From Candidatus Bathyarchaeota archaeon (GTDB taxonomy: Archaea > Thermoproteota > Bathyarchaeia > Bathyarchaeales > Bathycorpusculaceae): a DNA stretch of 64,000 bases. Under the pieces are notes generated by a model. That model was given only the letters and a program-made list of their open reading frames with translations, made no database searches and was not told where the DNA came from. The stretch is from assembly GCA_963828195.1 (NCBI GenBank), contig CAWHDT010000008.1, positions 96,001 to 160,000 of the forward strand, written 5' to 3'. Of this stretch, positions 49,791-60,014 are shown in pieces; the stretch's first letter is position 1, and each line of letters begins with the position of its first letter. The position numbers and the translations under genes are program-made.

Positions 49791-51320
49791 ATGGTTGAGC
49801 TCAGAACACAGGAACAACAATTACTCTGCGCATTGGAGTCGCTCGGCGGAAAAGCCTCAGTGGAACAGCTAGTTGACGCATGCGGTTTTCCAGACACAGC
49901 GGTTATGCGCACCGGCCTAACTCTGCAAGAAAAAAACCTCCTTACCATACATGCCGAATACCAAAACGTCATCAAAATAACCGCTGAAGGCGAGGCTTAT
50001 GCGAAAAACGGGTTACCCGAACGCAAACTCATCCACGCCGTGGCACAGCTCGGCGGAGCATCTGACCTTAAAGGGGCGGCGCAGCAAGCGGGAATCGAAG
50101 CGGCGTTCGTGCAGATTGCGCTTGGCTGGGCGATAAGAAAAAAATGGGCTCTCTACACTTCTAGCGACAACACGATACGCATAAGCGAGCCGCTGGTGCA
50201 TCAAGCGTTTATTGATGAAGGATGCGACGAAACCCTCCTCAAATACCTAAACGACAAACACCAAGCAGCTCTCGAAGAACTAAGCCCAGAGTTGAAAACG
50301 GCGGCTGAACAGCTGAAAAAACGCACGCTACTAACCATCGAGGCAAAAACCACACGCACACTCCAGATCACCCCGCAAGGCAAAACGGCAGCCGCAGAAG
50401 CCAAAGTAGCCCCCCAAGAAGTAACCCAACTTACACCTGAACTTATAATCACGGGTAAATGGCACACCTCAAAACTGCAAAAATACAACATAGAAGCACC
50501 AGTATCTAAAACGTGGCCTGGAAAAAAACATCCCTATCTGCAGTTTCTCGATGAAGTCCGCGCTAAGCTTGTGCAGCTTGGCTTCCAAGAAATGACGGGC
50601 ACAGCCGTTGAAACCAGCTTCTTTAACTTTGACGCTCTCTACGTGCCGCAGGATCATCCTGCACGGGAAGAAAGCGACATCTACTACGTCAAAGACCCCA
50701 AGTTCGGCGAGATAGGACAGCATGGTGCAGCAGTCGAGCATGTAGCGGAGACACATGAGAACGGCTGGAACACAGGCTCGTCAGGTTGGGGTTACAAGTA
50801 CTCGCTGCTGGCAGCGCAAAGGTTGATTCTGCGTGGTCACGGCACTTGCCTCAGCGCCCGAACGTTGGAGAGCAAAAACTATCAGGTTCCCAGCAGACAC
50901 TTCTCCATCGCTAGGGTTTACCGCCCCGAAATCACCGACAAAACCCACCTCTCCGAATTCAACCAGGTGGAAGGCATAATCATCGACGAAAACCTTACCC
51001 TCAAAGACCTCTTAGGCGTGTTGGGCAAGTTCGCGTTGGAGATTGCGGGAGCAGATAAAGTATGCTTCAAACCCGACTATTTCCCCTTCACGGAGCCCAG
51101 CGTGGAACTCAGCGCTTACAAGGAAGGCTACGGCTGGGTGGAATTCGGCGGCTCAGGAATCTTCCGTCCCGAAGTCACTTTGCCTCTTGGAGTGAAAGAA
51201 CCCGTTATCGCATGGGGGCTCGGTGTTGACCGCCTCTTCATGATGCGGGCTGGCGTCGAGGATATTCGGATGATTTTCAGCCAAGACCTTGATTGGCTAA
51301 GAAAGAAACAGGTGACGTAA
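49791..51320 (+). CDS. pheS: Phenylalanine-tRNA ligase alpha subunit (archaeal type)
   Basis: GLPE, NFDALYVPQDHPAR, VYRPE..DKTHLSEFNQVEG, YFPFTEPS, GIFRPE, WGLGVDRL. Confidence 0.97.
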   Translation: MVELRTQEQQLLCALESLGGKASVEQLVDACGFPDTAVMRTGLTLQEKNLLTIHAEYQNVIKITAEGEAYAKNGLPERKLIHAVAQLGGASDLKGAAQQAGIEAAFVQIALGWAIRKKWALYTSSDNTIRISEPLVHQAFIDEGCDETLLKYLNDKHQAALEELSPELKTAAEQLKKRTLLTIEAKTTRTLQITPQGKTAAAEAKVAPQEVTQLTPELIITGKWHTSKLQKYNIEAPVSKTWPGKKHPYLQFLDEVRAKLVQLGFQEMTGTAVETSFFNFDALYVPQDHPAREESDIYYVKDPKFGEIGQHGAAVEHVAETHENGWNTGSSGWGYKYSLLAAQRLILRGHGTCLSARTLESKNYQVPSRHFSIARVYRPEITDKTHLSEFNQVEGIIIDENLTLKDLLGVLGKFALEIAGADKVCFKPDYFPFTEPSVELSAYKEGYGWVEFGGSGIFRPEVTLPLGVKEPVIAWGLGVDRLFMMRAGVEDIRMIFSQDLDWLRKKQVT

Positions 51321-53054
51321 ATGCCGACAATTGACATAGAATACCCTGAACTGGAAGAGCTGATAGGCAGAGAGACGTGCCGTAAACTGTTTGGAACTCC
51401 GCAGAACCTGCAGATTGGAGCGCTTGATAACAAGCTATCTTTAGTTAAGGCTGAAGTTAAGGGATACAACCAAGCCGAGAAAACGCTTAGTATTGAAATG
51501 AAGGATACAAGCCGAGCTGACCTTTGGAGCGCTGAGGGTTTAGCGAGGGGGCTGCGTTGCTATCTGGGTTTAGAAAAAGGCTCAAGGCAATACACAACGG
51601 GTGAACCAGCCGTCGAAGTTAACGTTGACGCAAATCTCTACGGTATCCGCCCCTTCATCGGCTGCGCTGTAGTAAAAGACGTCTGTTTAACCGATAACAT
51701 GATTCGGGACATCATGCACCTTCAAGACAAGTTGGATAAAACATACGGAAGAAACCGACAGAAAACATCAATCGGAATTTACAACTTTGACCTAATTAAG
51801 CCCCCGATAAATTATGCTGCCGTTAAGCCCGAGGCGGTCAGTTTTATTCCGCTGGGATTTACTGAAAAGATGACGTTAAACGAGGTTTTAGAGCGTCATC
51901 CAAAAGGCATAGAGTACGGCCACATAGTGAAAAAAAACTCTTTATACCCCATGCTATTTGACGGCGAAGGAAAAGTCTTGTCTTTTCCACCAATCATTAA
52001 CTCAAACGATTTAGGCAAAATCACTGAGGATTCAAGGAACCTGCTGGTTGAAGTCACAGGCACCCTGCATAAAACCGTCTCCAACACGCTGACGCTTGTA
52101 ACTTCTGCCTTGATTGACCGCGGCGGAAAAGCGTACGCGGCAAAAATCCATTACCCACAAAACTCCAGTTACCCAAAAACGGAGGTAGTGACCCCAGATT
52201 TCAGCGACAGGCACGTACCTTTAAGTGTGGAGTACACAAATAGACTTTTGGGGCTGCAGCTTTCGCCGCATCAAATTTCTGAACTCCTCTTGACTGCGGG
52301 CCTGCACGTCGGAAAAACGGAAGTTGACAGCGTAGAGGTTCATGTTCCATGTTACCGCGTGGACGTTATGCAGCAGGTTGACTTAATCGAAGACGTCGCG
52401 ATTGCTTACGGCTACAACAATATTGAACCGCTTTGGCGCGAACTAGCCACAACCGGGCGAGCAAAACCCGACCAGCGCTTAATCGACATCGCAAGGGAAC
52501 TCATGGTGGGGCTAGGCTACCAGGAAATCTTAACCTACACCTTAACCACTCCAGAGAATCTCTTTGACAAAATGAATACTCAAAAAACCAGCTGCGTGGA
52601 ACTCGCCAACCCCAAAGTAGCCACTATGACGTGCCTGCGCAATTGGCTGCTCCCGAGCCTCATGGAGTTCCTCAGCAACAACCAATCCACGGAGTTTCCA
52701 CAAAAAATATTCGAGCTGGGAAAAGTAACTCAAATTGATGATGCAAAGGAGACGAGAACTCGCGATGAAGAATGGCTCTGCGTCGCCACGACGCATCCGA
52801 ACGCAAATTTCACTGAGATAAAATCTGTCCTCGACTCATTCATGGGCAACTTTGGGGCTCAGTGGCAAATAAAACCGACCGTTCATCCGAGCTTCATCGA
52901 CGGTAGAGCGGGCGAAATTATTGTCGGCGACGCTAAAATTGGGGTGGTTGGAGAAATCAACCCTGTTGTGCTTGAGGAATGGAAACTTGAAAACCCGACC
53001 AATGCCTTCGAAATCAACCTGCAGAAAATCCTCCAAATTAAACAAAACGCATAA
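51321..53054 (+). CDS. pheT: Phenylalanine-tRNA ligase beta subunit
   Basis: MPTI, RADLWSAEG, LQDKL, LSFPPIINS, DLIEDVAIAYGYN, LRNWLLPSL. Confidence 0.97.
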   Translation: MPTIDIEYPELEELIGRETCRKLFGTPQNLQIGALDNKLSLVKAEVKGYNQAEKTLSIEMKDTSRADLWSAEGLARGLRCYLGLEKGSRQYTTGEPAVEVNVDANLYGIRPFIGCAVVKDVCLTDNMIRDIMHLQDKLDKTYGRNRQKTSIGIYNFDLIKPPINYAAVKPEAVSFIPLGFTEKMTLNEVLERHPKGIEYGHIVKKNSLYPMLFDGEGKVLSFPPIINSNDLGKITEDSRNLLVEVTGTLHKTVSNTLTLVTSALIDRGGKAYAAKIHYPQNSSYPKTEVVTPDFSDRHVPLSVEYTNRLLGLQLSPHQISELLLTAGLHVGKTEVDSVEVHVPCYRVDVMQQVDLIEDVAIAYGYNNIEPLWRELATTGRAKPDQRLIDIARELMVGLGYQEILTYTLTTPENLFDKMNTQKTSCVELANPKVATMTCLRNWLLPSLMEFLSNNQSTEFPQKIFELGKVTQIDDAKETRTRDEEWLCVATTHPNANFTEIKSVLDSFMGNFGAQWQIKPTVHPSFIDGRAGEIIVGDAKIGVVGEINPVVLEEWKLENPTNAFEINLQKILQIKQNA

Positions 53055-53140
53055 CAAGGATAATTCTCAGAAAATTTAATAATGTTATAGTTGACTCTTT
53101 ACCCATAACTTTTAAGGGACCTGAAAGAGCAAGTTTTAGT

Positions 53141-56100
53141 TTAAAAACCGTTTTCAACAGTTTTCTTTTCATCTTCAGTTATGTCATAGAGAGAGAGTAC
53201 AGCGTTATCTAACTTGTTTTCCAAAGAAGTTTCTTTTCTTTGTAAAATATCCAGTTCATTTTCTAGTTTTGCCAACGTAATTTGCTTTTTGACTTCAATG
53301 ATTTCATTTACAATCAAGATAATCTCCCTTTGTAACTCATTATCATTCTCACTGACGGGTAACCGAATTGGCAATTCCATAAGAGGAGTTTTATCAACTT
53401 GAAGTTGTTCGCCTTGTCTTTTCCCCATATGATATAACCAGAAGTTTATTAATTTTGAATTAAGTATGCCTGTAAGATATTTCATATTAACATTTGATGG
53501 CTTGATAATTAAGAAAGCTCTCGAAACATAACAGGGGAAGTCAGTATACGTAAATGAAACGCCTTGTGTTTTTCTCAGAGACAAAATCTTTTCGCCTTCA
53601 AAGTACTTTTGTTCCCGTGGTCGATGTAGCCCATAAGGTCTGAAATCTGAAGTCAGAATTTTCCTGAATTTATCTAGATGATTCTTGAAATTTGGGTATT
53701 TCTCAATATTTGACCTTACGTCAAAATCTGCATAAATGAGAAAGTATTGGTTCTTAGGATTACCATAGTATTTCGTCAATTCTTCAGAGGTATAGTACGG
53801 TTTAATTTTATTCATTTCAGCTTTGTTAAAATCAGTATTTCTTAATTCGTCTTTTCTTAACACGAAAATGCCGTTCCCTTTTATGAATAGAGGGTCTTTT
53901 AGAACATCTAAGTGATTTTGCGTAATGAAATCCTGCAGGACATCAATCCCATTACCTATATCATCTTCTTTTAAGTGGAAATTTCCCATAAAAGACATTT
54001 TCTTAATTACTTTACGAGTTTCAGGAGTGAGAAAAGTTATTGTTTTTTCAGTTTCTGTCGGGTCGATTTCCGAACTGAATCGCAATATTTTATCGTTTTT
54101 CTTCGGTAATGTTAAATACCCTCGCAATGTGTCAACAGAAATCTTTTTGTCCAGAACTTTGAAATAGTCAACGTCATATTGTTCTTTGGTTTTTGTATTT
54201 TCCAAAACAAAAATCATGGTTTGAATACTGGCTTCTTTAAAGACCTTAAACTCATTAAAATCAAAGAATGATAGAAGTTTTGTTTCCGACAAAACTTTTT
54301 TTCTCAGAATTGAAGCGCCGTCACTAGTCACCCAGTTGTTTTGTGCAATAAAGCTGTGGTAACCACCTTTTTTTAAGAGATCTATTGATTTACAGGTGAA
54401 GAAATACCACATATCCATGTACTTTTCATAATATTTTTTTAGGTTAGTTTGTTTGACCCAGCCAAAGGCGCACCGTGCTTTGTCTTCTTTCACATAAGGG
54501 GGATTGCCAATGATAACATCAAATTTGCCTTCTTGCAGAATTTTCCCAAAACCTTTTTTGCAATCTTCCCAATCGAAAGGCTTGATTTTCTGAAGTTCTT
54601 CCGTCGTAGATACAAGTTTTTGCTCAAAGTAGGATGAATCTACTAATGAGTTCCCACATCTAATGTTACTATCTATATTTGGTAATGCCCGTTCTTGAAA
54701 TAGCTTAAGTTGTTGGTTTACGCTCTCCTTTGTTTCATTTTCCAGTACTTTAAGTAGCAAGCTCAGTTTAGTAATTTCGACAGCTTGAGGGTCAATGTCC
54801 ACTCCAAAGATATTATTTAGTAGAATTTTTTTCCTTACTTCTGTAGTTAGATACCACTGATTTTCTTTAATTTGGTAAATCTCTTTTTTGTATTTTTTAG
54901 GATTCTTCTGATAATAACTAAGATGATAGTCAAGAAGATACGAATATGCTCTAACCAAAAACGTCCCTGATCCAGATGCCATATCAAGTATTCTCAGTTT
55001 CTCTATATCCTCGGGCGATTTTCCTATAATGAGTTTACCGATTGTATTTCTTATGATATAATCCACAACATAATCAGGAGTGTAGTAAACTCCTCCTGCT
55101 TGTCTTACTTCAGGTTTTTCTTCGACTTTAACCTGATGGGTTGGAGTAAACCTGATTGATTTTCCTAAAAATTGCTCATAGACATTTCCTAGTATTTCTA
55201 TGCTGAGTACTGAAAAATCATATGGGCTTTGAGGATAATACAAAGTTGAAATAATAGCTTTTAAGACATCATCATCTATGGAAATGTGGTTCGTTATTTT
55301 ATCTGTTTTGAAATCAAATATGCCACTATCATATTTCTTTTCAGCACCTTCAAAATGAGCTATAAGTTTTGAATACAGTTGTCCAGATGCGCAAAGGCTC
55401 TTTAACTTTTCATTTGGCTCAATGTCTCGATCCTCGCATATTCTGAGGAACAGTATTCGATTTATTGTCTCTTGAACGCAATAATTAAGTTCAGGAATAG
55501 ATAACTTGGGATTATTTCGCGCGATATTCTTAGCTAAGTCATTTCTCCATTCTTCAATTTGTTTAAGGAAAACATCATCTACCTCACTCGTACCTTTCTT
55601 GCCTTTCTTAGATTCGGAAAATCTGTCAAAACTTCCCTTAAGAACTCCTTCTTTTGAAAAGATTTCAGCTATTGTATCAAACTTGGAGACATAATCCTCG
55701 AAATCGATCAACATAAGTCTGCCGACTGATGCGCTATCATTCGGATTAGGTTTAATTTTACAATCGTATACAGAAAGCAAACGAAAGTTTGTTAAAATAG
55801 ATAATGGAATTTTCGAGTTCCACGCGTAACGCCTTAACTGAAATGCAGAATCTACATCCTCTTTGATATTTACAGACGGCTTTTTTGTCTCTACAAAAAA
55901 AACCCTGTTGCCACCTATCCTAAATGCATAATCAGGAGCTTTTGTCTTTCCCGCAATTTTTATGGCGTCCTCATTTATTACTTCTTTGTACTTTTCTGCT
56001 CGACCTTCATCATTATTGACGTCCCATCCCAAAGCAATAAAAAACTTATCTACAAATTCCTTCCTTAGTTGAGCCTCTTTATAGCTTGATTTCACGTATT

Positions 56101-56170
56101 GGTCTATGTTCGCCTTAAAAACTGTCACGAGGTTTTTAATGACTTGGAGTTCCTTGGTCATGCATTTCAC
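53141..56170 (-). CDS. Type IIG restriction-modification enzyme (REase + N6-MTase + TRD)
   Basis: PDY...VETK, LTNF, GVYYTP, LDMASGSGTFL, GVDID, GNSL, IGNPPYV, TaqI-C-like YLTGILNS. Visibly AT-rich. Confidence 0.92.
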   Translation of the reverse strand: MKCMTKELQVIKNLVTVFKANIDQYVKSSYKEAQLRKEFVDKFFIALGWDVNNDEGRAEKYKEVINEDAIKIAGKTKAPDYAFRIGGNRVFFVETKKPSVNIKEDVDSAFQLRRYAWNSKIPLSILTNFRLLSVYDCKIKPNPNDSASVGRLMLIDFEDYVSKFDTIAEIFSKEGVLKGSFDRFSESKKGKKGTSEVDDVFLKQIEEWRNDLAKNIARNNPKLSIPELNYCVQETINRILFLRICEDRDIEPNEKLKSLCASGQLYSKLIAHFEGAEKKYDSGIFDFKTDKITNHISIDDDVLKAIISTLYYPQSPYDFSVLSIEILGNVYEQFLGKSIRFTPTHQVKVEEKPEVRQAGGVYYTPDYVVDYIIRNTIGKLIIGKSPEDIEKLRILDMASGSGTFLVRAYSYLLDYHLSYYQKNPKKYKKEIYQIKENQWYLTTEVRKKILLNNIFGVDIDPQAVEITKLSLLLKVLENETKESVNQQLKLFQERALPNIDSNIRCGNSLVDSSYFEQKLVSTTEELQKIKPFDWEDCKKGFGKILQEGKFDVIIGNPPYVKEDKARCAFGWVKQTNLKKYYEKYMDMWYFFTCKSIDLLKKGGYHSFIAQNNWVTSDGASILRKKVLSETKLLSFFDFNEFKVFKEASIQTMIFVLENTKTKEQYDVDYFKVLDKKISVDTLRGYLTLPKKNDKILRFSSEIDPTETEKTITFLTPETRKVIKKMSFMGNFHLKEDDIGNGIDVLQDFITQNHLDVLKDPLFIKGNGIFVLRKDELRNTDFNKAEMNKIKPYYTSEELTKYYGNPKNQYFLIYADFDVRSNIEKYPNFKNHLDKFRKILTSDFRPYGLHRPREQKYFEGEKILSLRKTQGVSFTYTDFPCYVSRAFLIIKPSNVNMKYLTGILNSKLINFWLYHMGKRQGEQLQVDKTPLMELPIRLPVSENDNELQREIILIVNEIIEVKKQITLAKLENELDILQRKETSLENKLDNAVLSLYDITEDEKKTVENGF

Positions 56171-56342
56171 TTTGGATAAGTATTGAATTGATGTCTATTC
56201 TTAAAAGATTTGTTTAAAAAGAAGGTCTGCTTTTTTTAAAAAAAAGTTTACCTAGCTCGAGGTTTGCTGTCTCATTAGAGCAGTCTTAAGAGGAAAGGCT
56301 TAATAATCGTGAGGCTGAATTTTGGTATAAAAGGCGAATGCA

Positions 56343-56624
56343 TTGGCGCTTTCAAGAATGGAGATGTACCTCGCCGTCATCCAGGTCTTAAACACTTGGG
56401 ATTCAATAACGCAAAAGCAGATATTATGCAAGGCGGAAATCGATTTATCGTCCCCGAAAGAAACACTTAACTTTCTAATCAAGCTCGACTTGATAATGGA
56501 AAAAAGCCTTGGAAACAAAACGGTATATTCCATAACGGATAGAGGACAAAGACTAATTCAGTACTTCAAATTAAAAGACGACGACGCAATATTCGGCGGA
56601 ACTAAAATAACGAAAATTGACTAA
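56343..56624 (+). CDS. Winged-helix DNA-binding protein (paralog of 5599-5892)
   Basis: SRMEMYLAVI...LNFLIKLDLI...VYSITDRG. Confidence 0.78.
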   Translation: MALSRMEMYLAVIQVLNTWDSITQKQILCKAEIDLSSPKETLNFLIKLDLIMEKSLGNKTVYSITDRGQRLIQYFKLKDDDAIFGGTKITKID

Positions 56625-56717
56625 AAAGCCCAGCTGCTTCTTGCTTTTGCTCCGATAAATTTCCTTTAATCCAATCCTTAAAAGAGACAAAAAAAATTGA
56701 GAACTTAATAATTGCTC

Positions 56718-57008
56718 TTAATATGGAACTCGCAAGATTTTGCCGTCTTCATCTTTAGGGGGAAGAGCTTTGTCGAGTCCTATGAAGAATTTGATGACTT
56801 GTGTTCCGCGAGGGGTGTTTGCGTAAACAACGGTGCTTTTTTCCGTTACTTGCTCCTCAACTAGTCCTTGCTTGATCAGAAATTCCAAGTATCGATTTAT
56901 AATATTGCTGTTAAGGTTTGTCTCACTCATGATTTGCGAAACCTTGAGCGGGCTGCTGTGCTCTAAAACGTTTAGAATATCAACGTACATTTCTAATTTG
57001 GATGCCAT
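56718..57008 (-). CDS. Winged-helix DNA-binding protein (paralog of 5599-5892)
   Basis: SKLEMYVDIL...YLEFLIKQGLVEE...VVYANTPRG...PY. Confidence 0.85.
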   Translation of the reverse strand: MASKLEMYVDILNVLEHSSPLKVSQIMSETNLNSNIINRYLEFLIKQGLVEEQVTEKSTVVYANTPRGTQVIKFFIGLDKALPPKDEDGKILRVPY

Positions 57009-57170
57009 GCCTAACCCTTCTAACAGGTTAACCCAAATTCGGTATTAACGATTTGTGCGTAACAAAACGTACTTCAATAGCAGTTGTTAAGCCAATAAAA
57101 GAAACTCTTCTCAAACAATGAGACAAAGCATAAATCGTAATTCACCCATATGGGCATATGGTAATATGGC

Positions 57171-57431
57171 ATGTCTCTTAGAGTGCAAATAAACCCTAAG
57201 GTTGAAGAAAAATTTAGGGAAGCAGCAATGAAACGCTTCGGATATGGAAAATGGGCCCTAAGCAAAGCCGCCGAAGAAGCCATCCTTAAATGGCTTTCAA
57301 CAACCGAAAAAGAACCCGTTAATTTCGAGGGTGACCCTGTAAAAGCCTTAGAAGGATTGCTTAAGGATATTAAAGTAGATTCGGTGACCCTTCAGCATGA
57401 GACTCAGAAGGTATGGGCAAAAAAGTGTTAA
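57171..57431 (+). CDS. Antitoxin (RHH-like) upstream of PIN gene
   Basis: EEKFREAAMKRFGYGKWALSKAAEEAI...DSVTLQHE. Confidence 0.75.
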   Translation: MSLRVQINPKVEEKFREAAMKRFGYGKWALSKAAEEAILKWLSTTEKEPVNFEGDPVKALEGLLKDIKVDSVTLQHETQKVWAKKC

Positions 57432-57434
57432 CGA

Positions 57435-57839
57435 ACGTAGCTTGTTGATACTAACATTTTTCTCGAGGTTCTCCTTTGTCAAGCAAAAACGGACGAATGC
57501 GAAAAGCTTCTTGATCAATTCAAAACAGGCAAGATACTGGGCGTAGTGACCGACTTTACCCTTCACTCTATAATTGTGACCATGTACAGCTATGAAAGGT
57601 TGGAAGGTCTCAAGGTTTTTCTCTCAAGTCTCGCAGGCTACAAAGGACTACGCATTTACCCAACTGACTTAACAAGTGAAATCAAAGCCACAGACTTAGC
57701 ATCACAAGATAAACTTGACATGGACGACGCCATCCAGTATGCAGTAGCACTTGACGCAAATGTTGAAGCTATAGTGTCATTTGACAAACACTTCAATAAA
57801 CTTGAACTTCCCAGAAAAGAACCGCATCAAAGAATCTAA
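57435..57839 (+). pseudogene. vapC: VapC PIN toxin with lost start codon
   Basis: ACG TAG CTT GTT GAT ACT AAC reads as a degenerate M-Y-LVDTNIFLEVLL. The remainder is intact (DMDDAIQY, SFDKHF). Confidence 0.75.
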
Positions 57840-57871
57840 AACCTTACATTGCCACAATCAGGATTAATTGT

Positions 57872-58687
57872 TTAAAAAGTTAGAACCATGAGAGGGTTCC
57901 ATTTTTCCCTCGCGGTTTTTAGGCACCATTTATAGATGTAGTATCCTACGGGTACGATGATGGCGCACATTAGCGCCAAAATCTCCAGGTTGGGCAGAAT
58001 CATTGCAATGGTGGAGCCTGTTATGATTTCTTTTATGCATGTCATGAAGTAGTACGGTGGAGTTATGTACGCGATTATTCTCAGGAAAGGCGGCAGAATT
58101 TGCGGGGGAAAAAGCACGTTCCCAAACAAGCTTATTGCTATGGTCATTAATGCCGTCACCGGGTCGCCTTGTTTGGTTAGAATCAATATTCCTGAGCCAA
58201 TCATGCTGATGCCAATGAATGTGCCTATGCCTAAGACTAACACAATTATTGTTCCTACAATGTTGACGCTGAGGACAACTCCGAAAAAGTACACGCCGAT
58301 AAGAAGGTAAATTGCTACGACGCCTGTGCTCCAGACAAACCCCCAAATCGAACTGCCGATTATGAATGTTGTCAGGCTAGTCGGCGAAACCAAGACTTCT
58401 TCAAGAGCCCACGGGTTAATGGTTTTTTGCACAAGCGTCAAGGCTTGCCCGAGGTAAGTGTTGAAGGCTAATCCGATAAGCAGGTAAGTTGTGTAATTTG
58501 TATGGTACAGTTCTGTTACAGTTGCATTAACTGAGCTTTGCCCCAGATAAGCGAAGGATAAGGCTCCGAAAACCGCGGTGAAAATCAGAATAAGAATGTT
58601 TGTTTTGTAAGTCGAGAAGCTTACCATGTCCCGCTTCATGAAATACCAGATTTTCTCAAGTTCAGCCGACGTACCCATGCCCCTCAC
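57872..58687 (-). CDS. ABC-2 permease
   Basis: Six TMs, LEEVLVSP, FPPQILP; C-terminus probably frameshifted (ARKNGTLSWF* expected). Confidence 0.88.
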   Translation of the reverse strand: MRGMGTSAELEKIWYFMKRDMVSFSTYKTNILILIFTAVFGALSFAYLGQSSVNATVTELYHTNYTTYLLIGLAFNTYLGQALTLVQKTINPWALEEVLVSPTSLTTFIIGSSIWGFVWSTGVVAIYLLIGVYFFGVVLSVNIVGTIIVLVLGIGTFIGISMIGSGILILTKQGDPVTALMTIAISLFGNVLFPPQILPPFLRIIAYITPPYYFMTCIKEIITGSTIAMILPNLEILALMCAIIVPVGYYIYKWCLKTAREKWNPLMVLTF

Positions 58688-59694
58688 GTCCTCTTAGTTA
58701 ACTCTATGAACGCATCTTCCAAACTCGGTTCCTCCTGCTTAAAATTGACAAGCTTAATTTTTTGTTCAAAAATAAAATCGAAGATTCGAGGTAGCGAATC
58801 CACGCTTTTCATTTCAACGCGTAAGGCTTGCTGCCCAGGCATCAGGTTGGGCTCGTCTTTCTGTGTCACGTCGATAACGCCTTCGAGGGACCGAATGTTT
58901 TCAATTTGAGCCTGCGTTATTTGGTCGAAAGTCAAGTAAATTAACTCGTCTTTCTTGATTTTTGCTCGCAATGCATCGGGGGTGTCAAGGGCAACTATTT
59001 TGCCCTGTTTGAGGATGCCGATTTTACTGCAAATCTGCGCTGCCTCCTCAATGTAATGTGTTGTATAGAGCACTGTTTTGCCTGTTTCCTTAACTGTGCT
59101 TTTAACGAATTCGCGAACGTGGCGGGATGAAATAGCGTCTAACCCAGTTGTTGGCTCGTCAAGAAGAATGATCGGCGGGTCAGGAAGCAAGGTTCTTGCA
59201 AGCGCCAGTTTTCTTTTCATTCCGCCCGAATACTTCTGGTACAGCTCAAAACCGCTGTTTTCTAACCCCACGAGCTTTAGAACTTCCAAAATTCGGTCAT
59301 GCCGCATCTTCCTTGGCACATTATAAGTGGACGCGTAAAATTCGAGGTTTCTGTAGCCGTTCAACCGCCAAAAAAAGCCTCTTTCACCAACACTGAACAA
59401 AGTGCCAAGTGACTGCTTAACTTTCATCTGCTCCTTGATTATGTCGTAGCCGTTGATTAATGCAGTTCCTTTATCGGGCGGAAGAAGGGTGCATAGCATT
59501 TTGACCAGAGTTGTTTTCCCTGCTCCGTTGGGACCAAGAAGCCCAAAAAGTTCTCCCTTTTTGATTTCAAGGTTAAGGTTGTCAACAGCGTTTACGCGGA
59601 CTGTTTTGCGCTTAAAAAATCCTGCTTCGCTCTGAACTTTTGACTTAAACGTTTTCGTTAGGTTAATCGTTTGAATTGCGTTTTCGTTTTGCAA
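58684..59694 (-). CDS. ABC exporter ATP-binding subunit
   Basis: GPNGAGKTT, YSGGM, LLDEPTTGLD, TTHY, PSLEDAF. Confidence 0.93.
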   Translation of the reverse strand: MQNENAIQTINLTKTFKSKVQSEAGFFKRKTVRVNAVDNLNLEIKKGELFGLLGPNGAGKTTLVKMLCTLLPPDKGTALINGYDIIKEQMKVKQSLGTLFSVGERGFFWRLNGYRNLEFYASTYNVPRKMRHDRILEVLKLVGLENSGFELYQKYSGGMKRKLALARTLLPDPPIILLDEPTTGLDAISSRHVREFVKSTVKETGKTVLYTTHYIEEAAQICSKIGILKQGKIVALDTPDALRAKIKKDELIYLTFDQITQAQIENIRSLEGVIDVTQKDEPNLMPGQQALRVEMKSVDSLPRIFDFIFEQKIKLVNFKQEEPSLEDAFIELTKRT

Positions 59695-60014
59695 CCATTA
59701 AACCTCTTAGTTCCGCTCAATACCCATAGTTTGGCAAAAACAATCAATTATGTTTTTCAGTTACCGCTAGCAGGCAATTAAGCATTTCGACATTTCGCAT
59801 CGGTTTCGTTTAATCTCAAGAAGGGTATTCCAACGTCAATTTTTTGAGCCAAGTCACACCAAAGGTTGCTGGATGGCGCTGCTTATTTAAGTCAACGTTA
59901 AAATCTTAGGTCTGACCTGCACACTAAGGCTAAAAAACTTGTTGCTGTACAACTCTATTTGAAAGATAGTTTAAAAACCCTTGAGACTGCAACTTGTTTT
60001 TCAAGTATCGATTT

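Noticed and set aside
57438-57440. Pyrrolysine readthrough of the TAG in vapC
   Set aside because: The start codon is also mutated and no pyl genes are seen, so decay is simpler.
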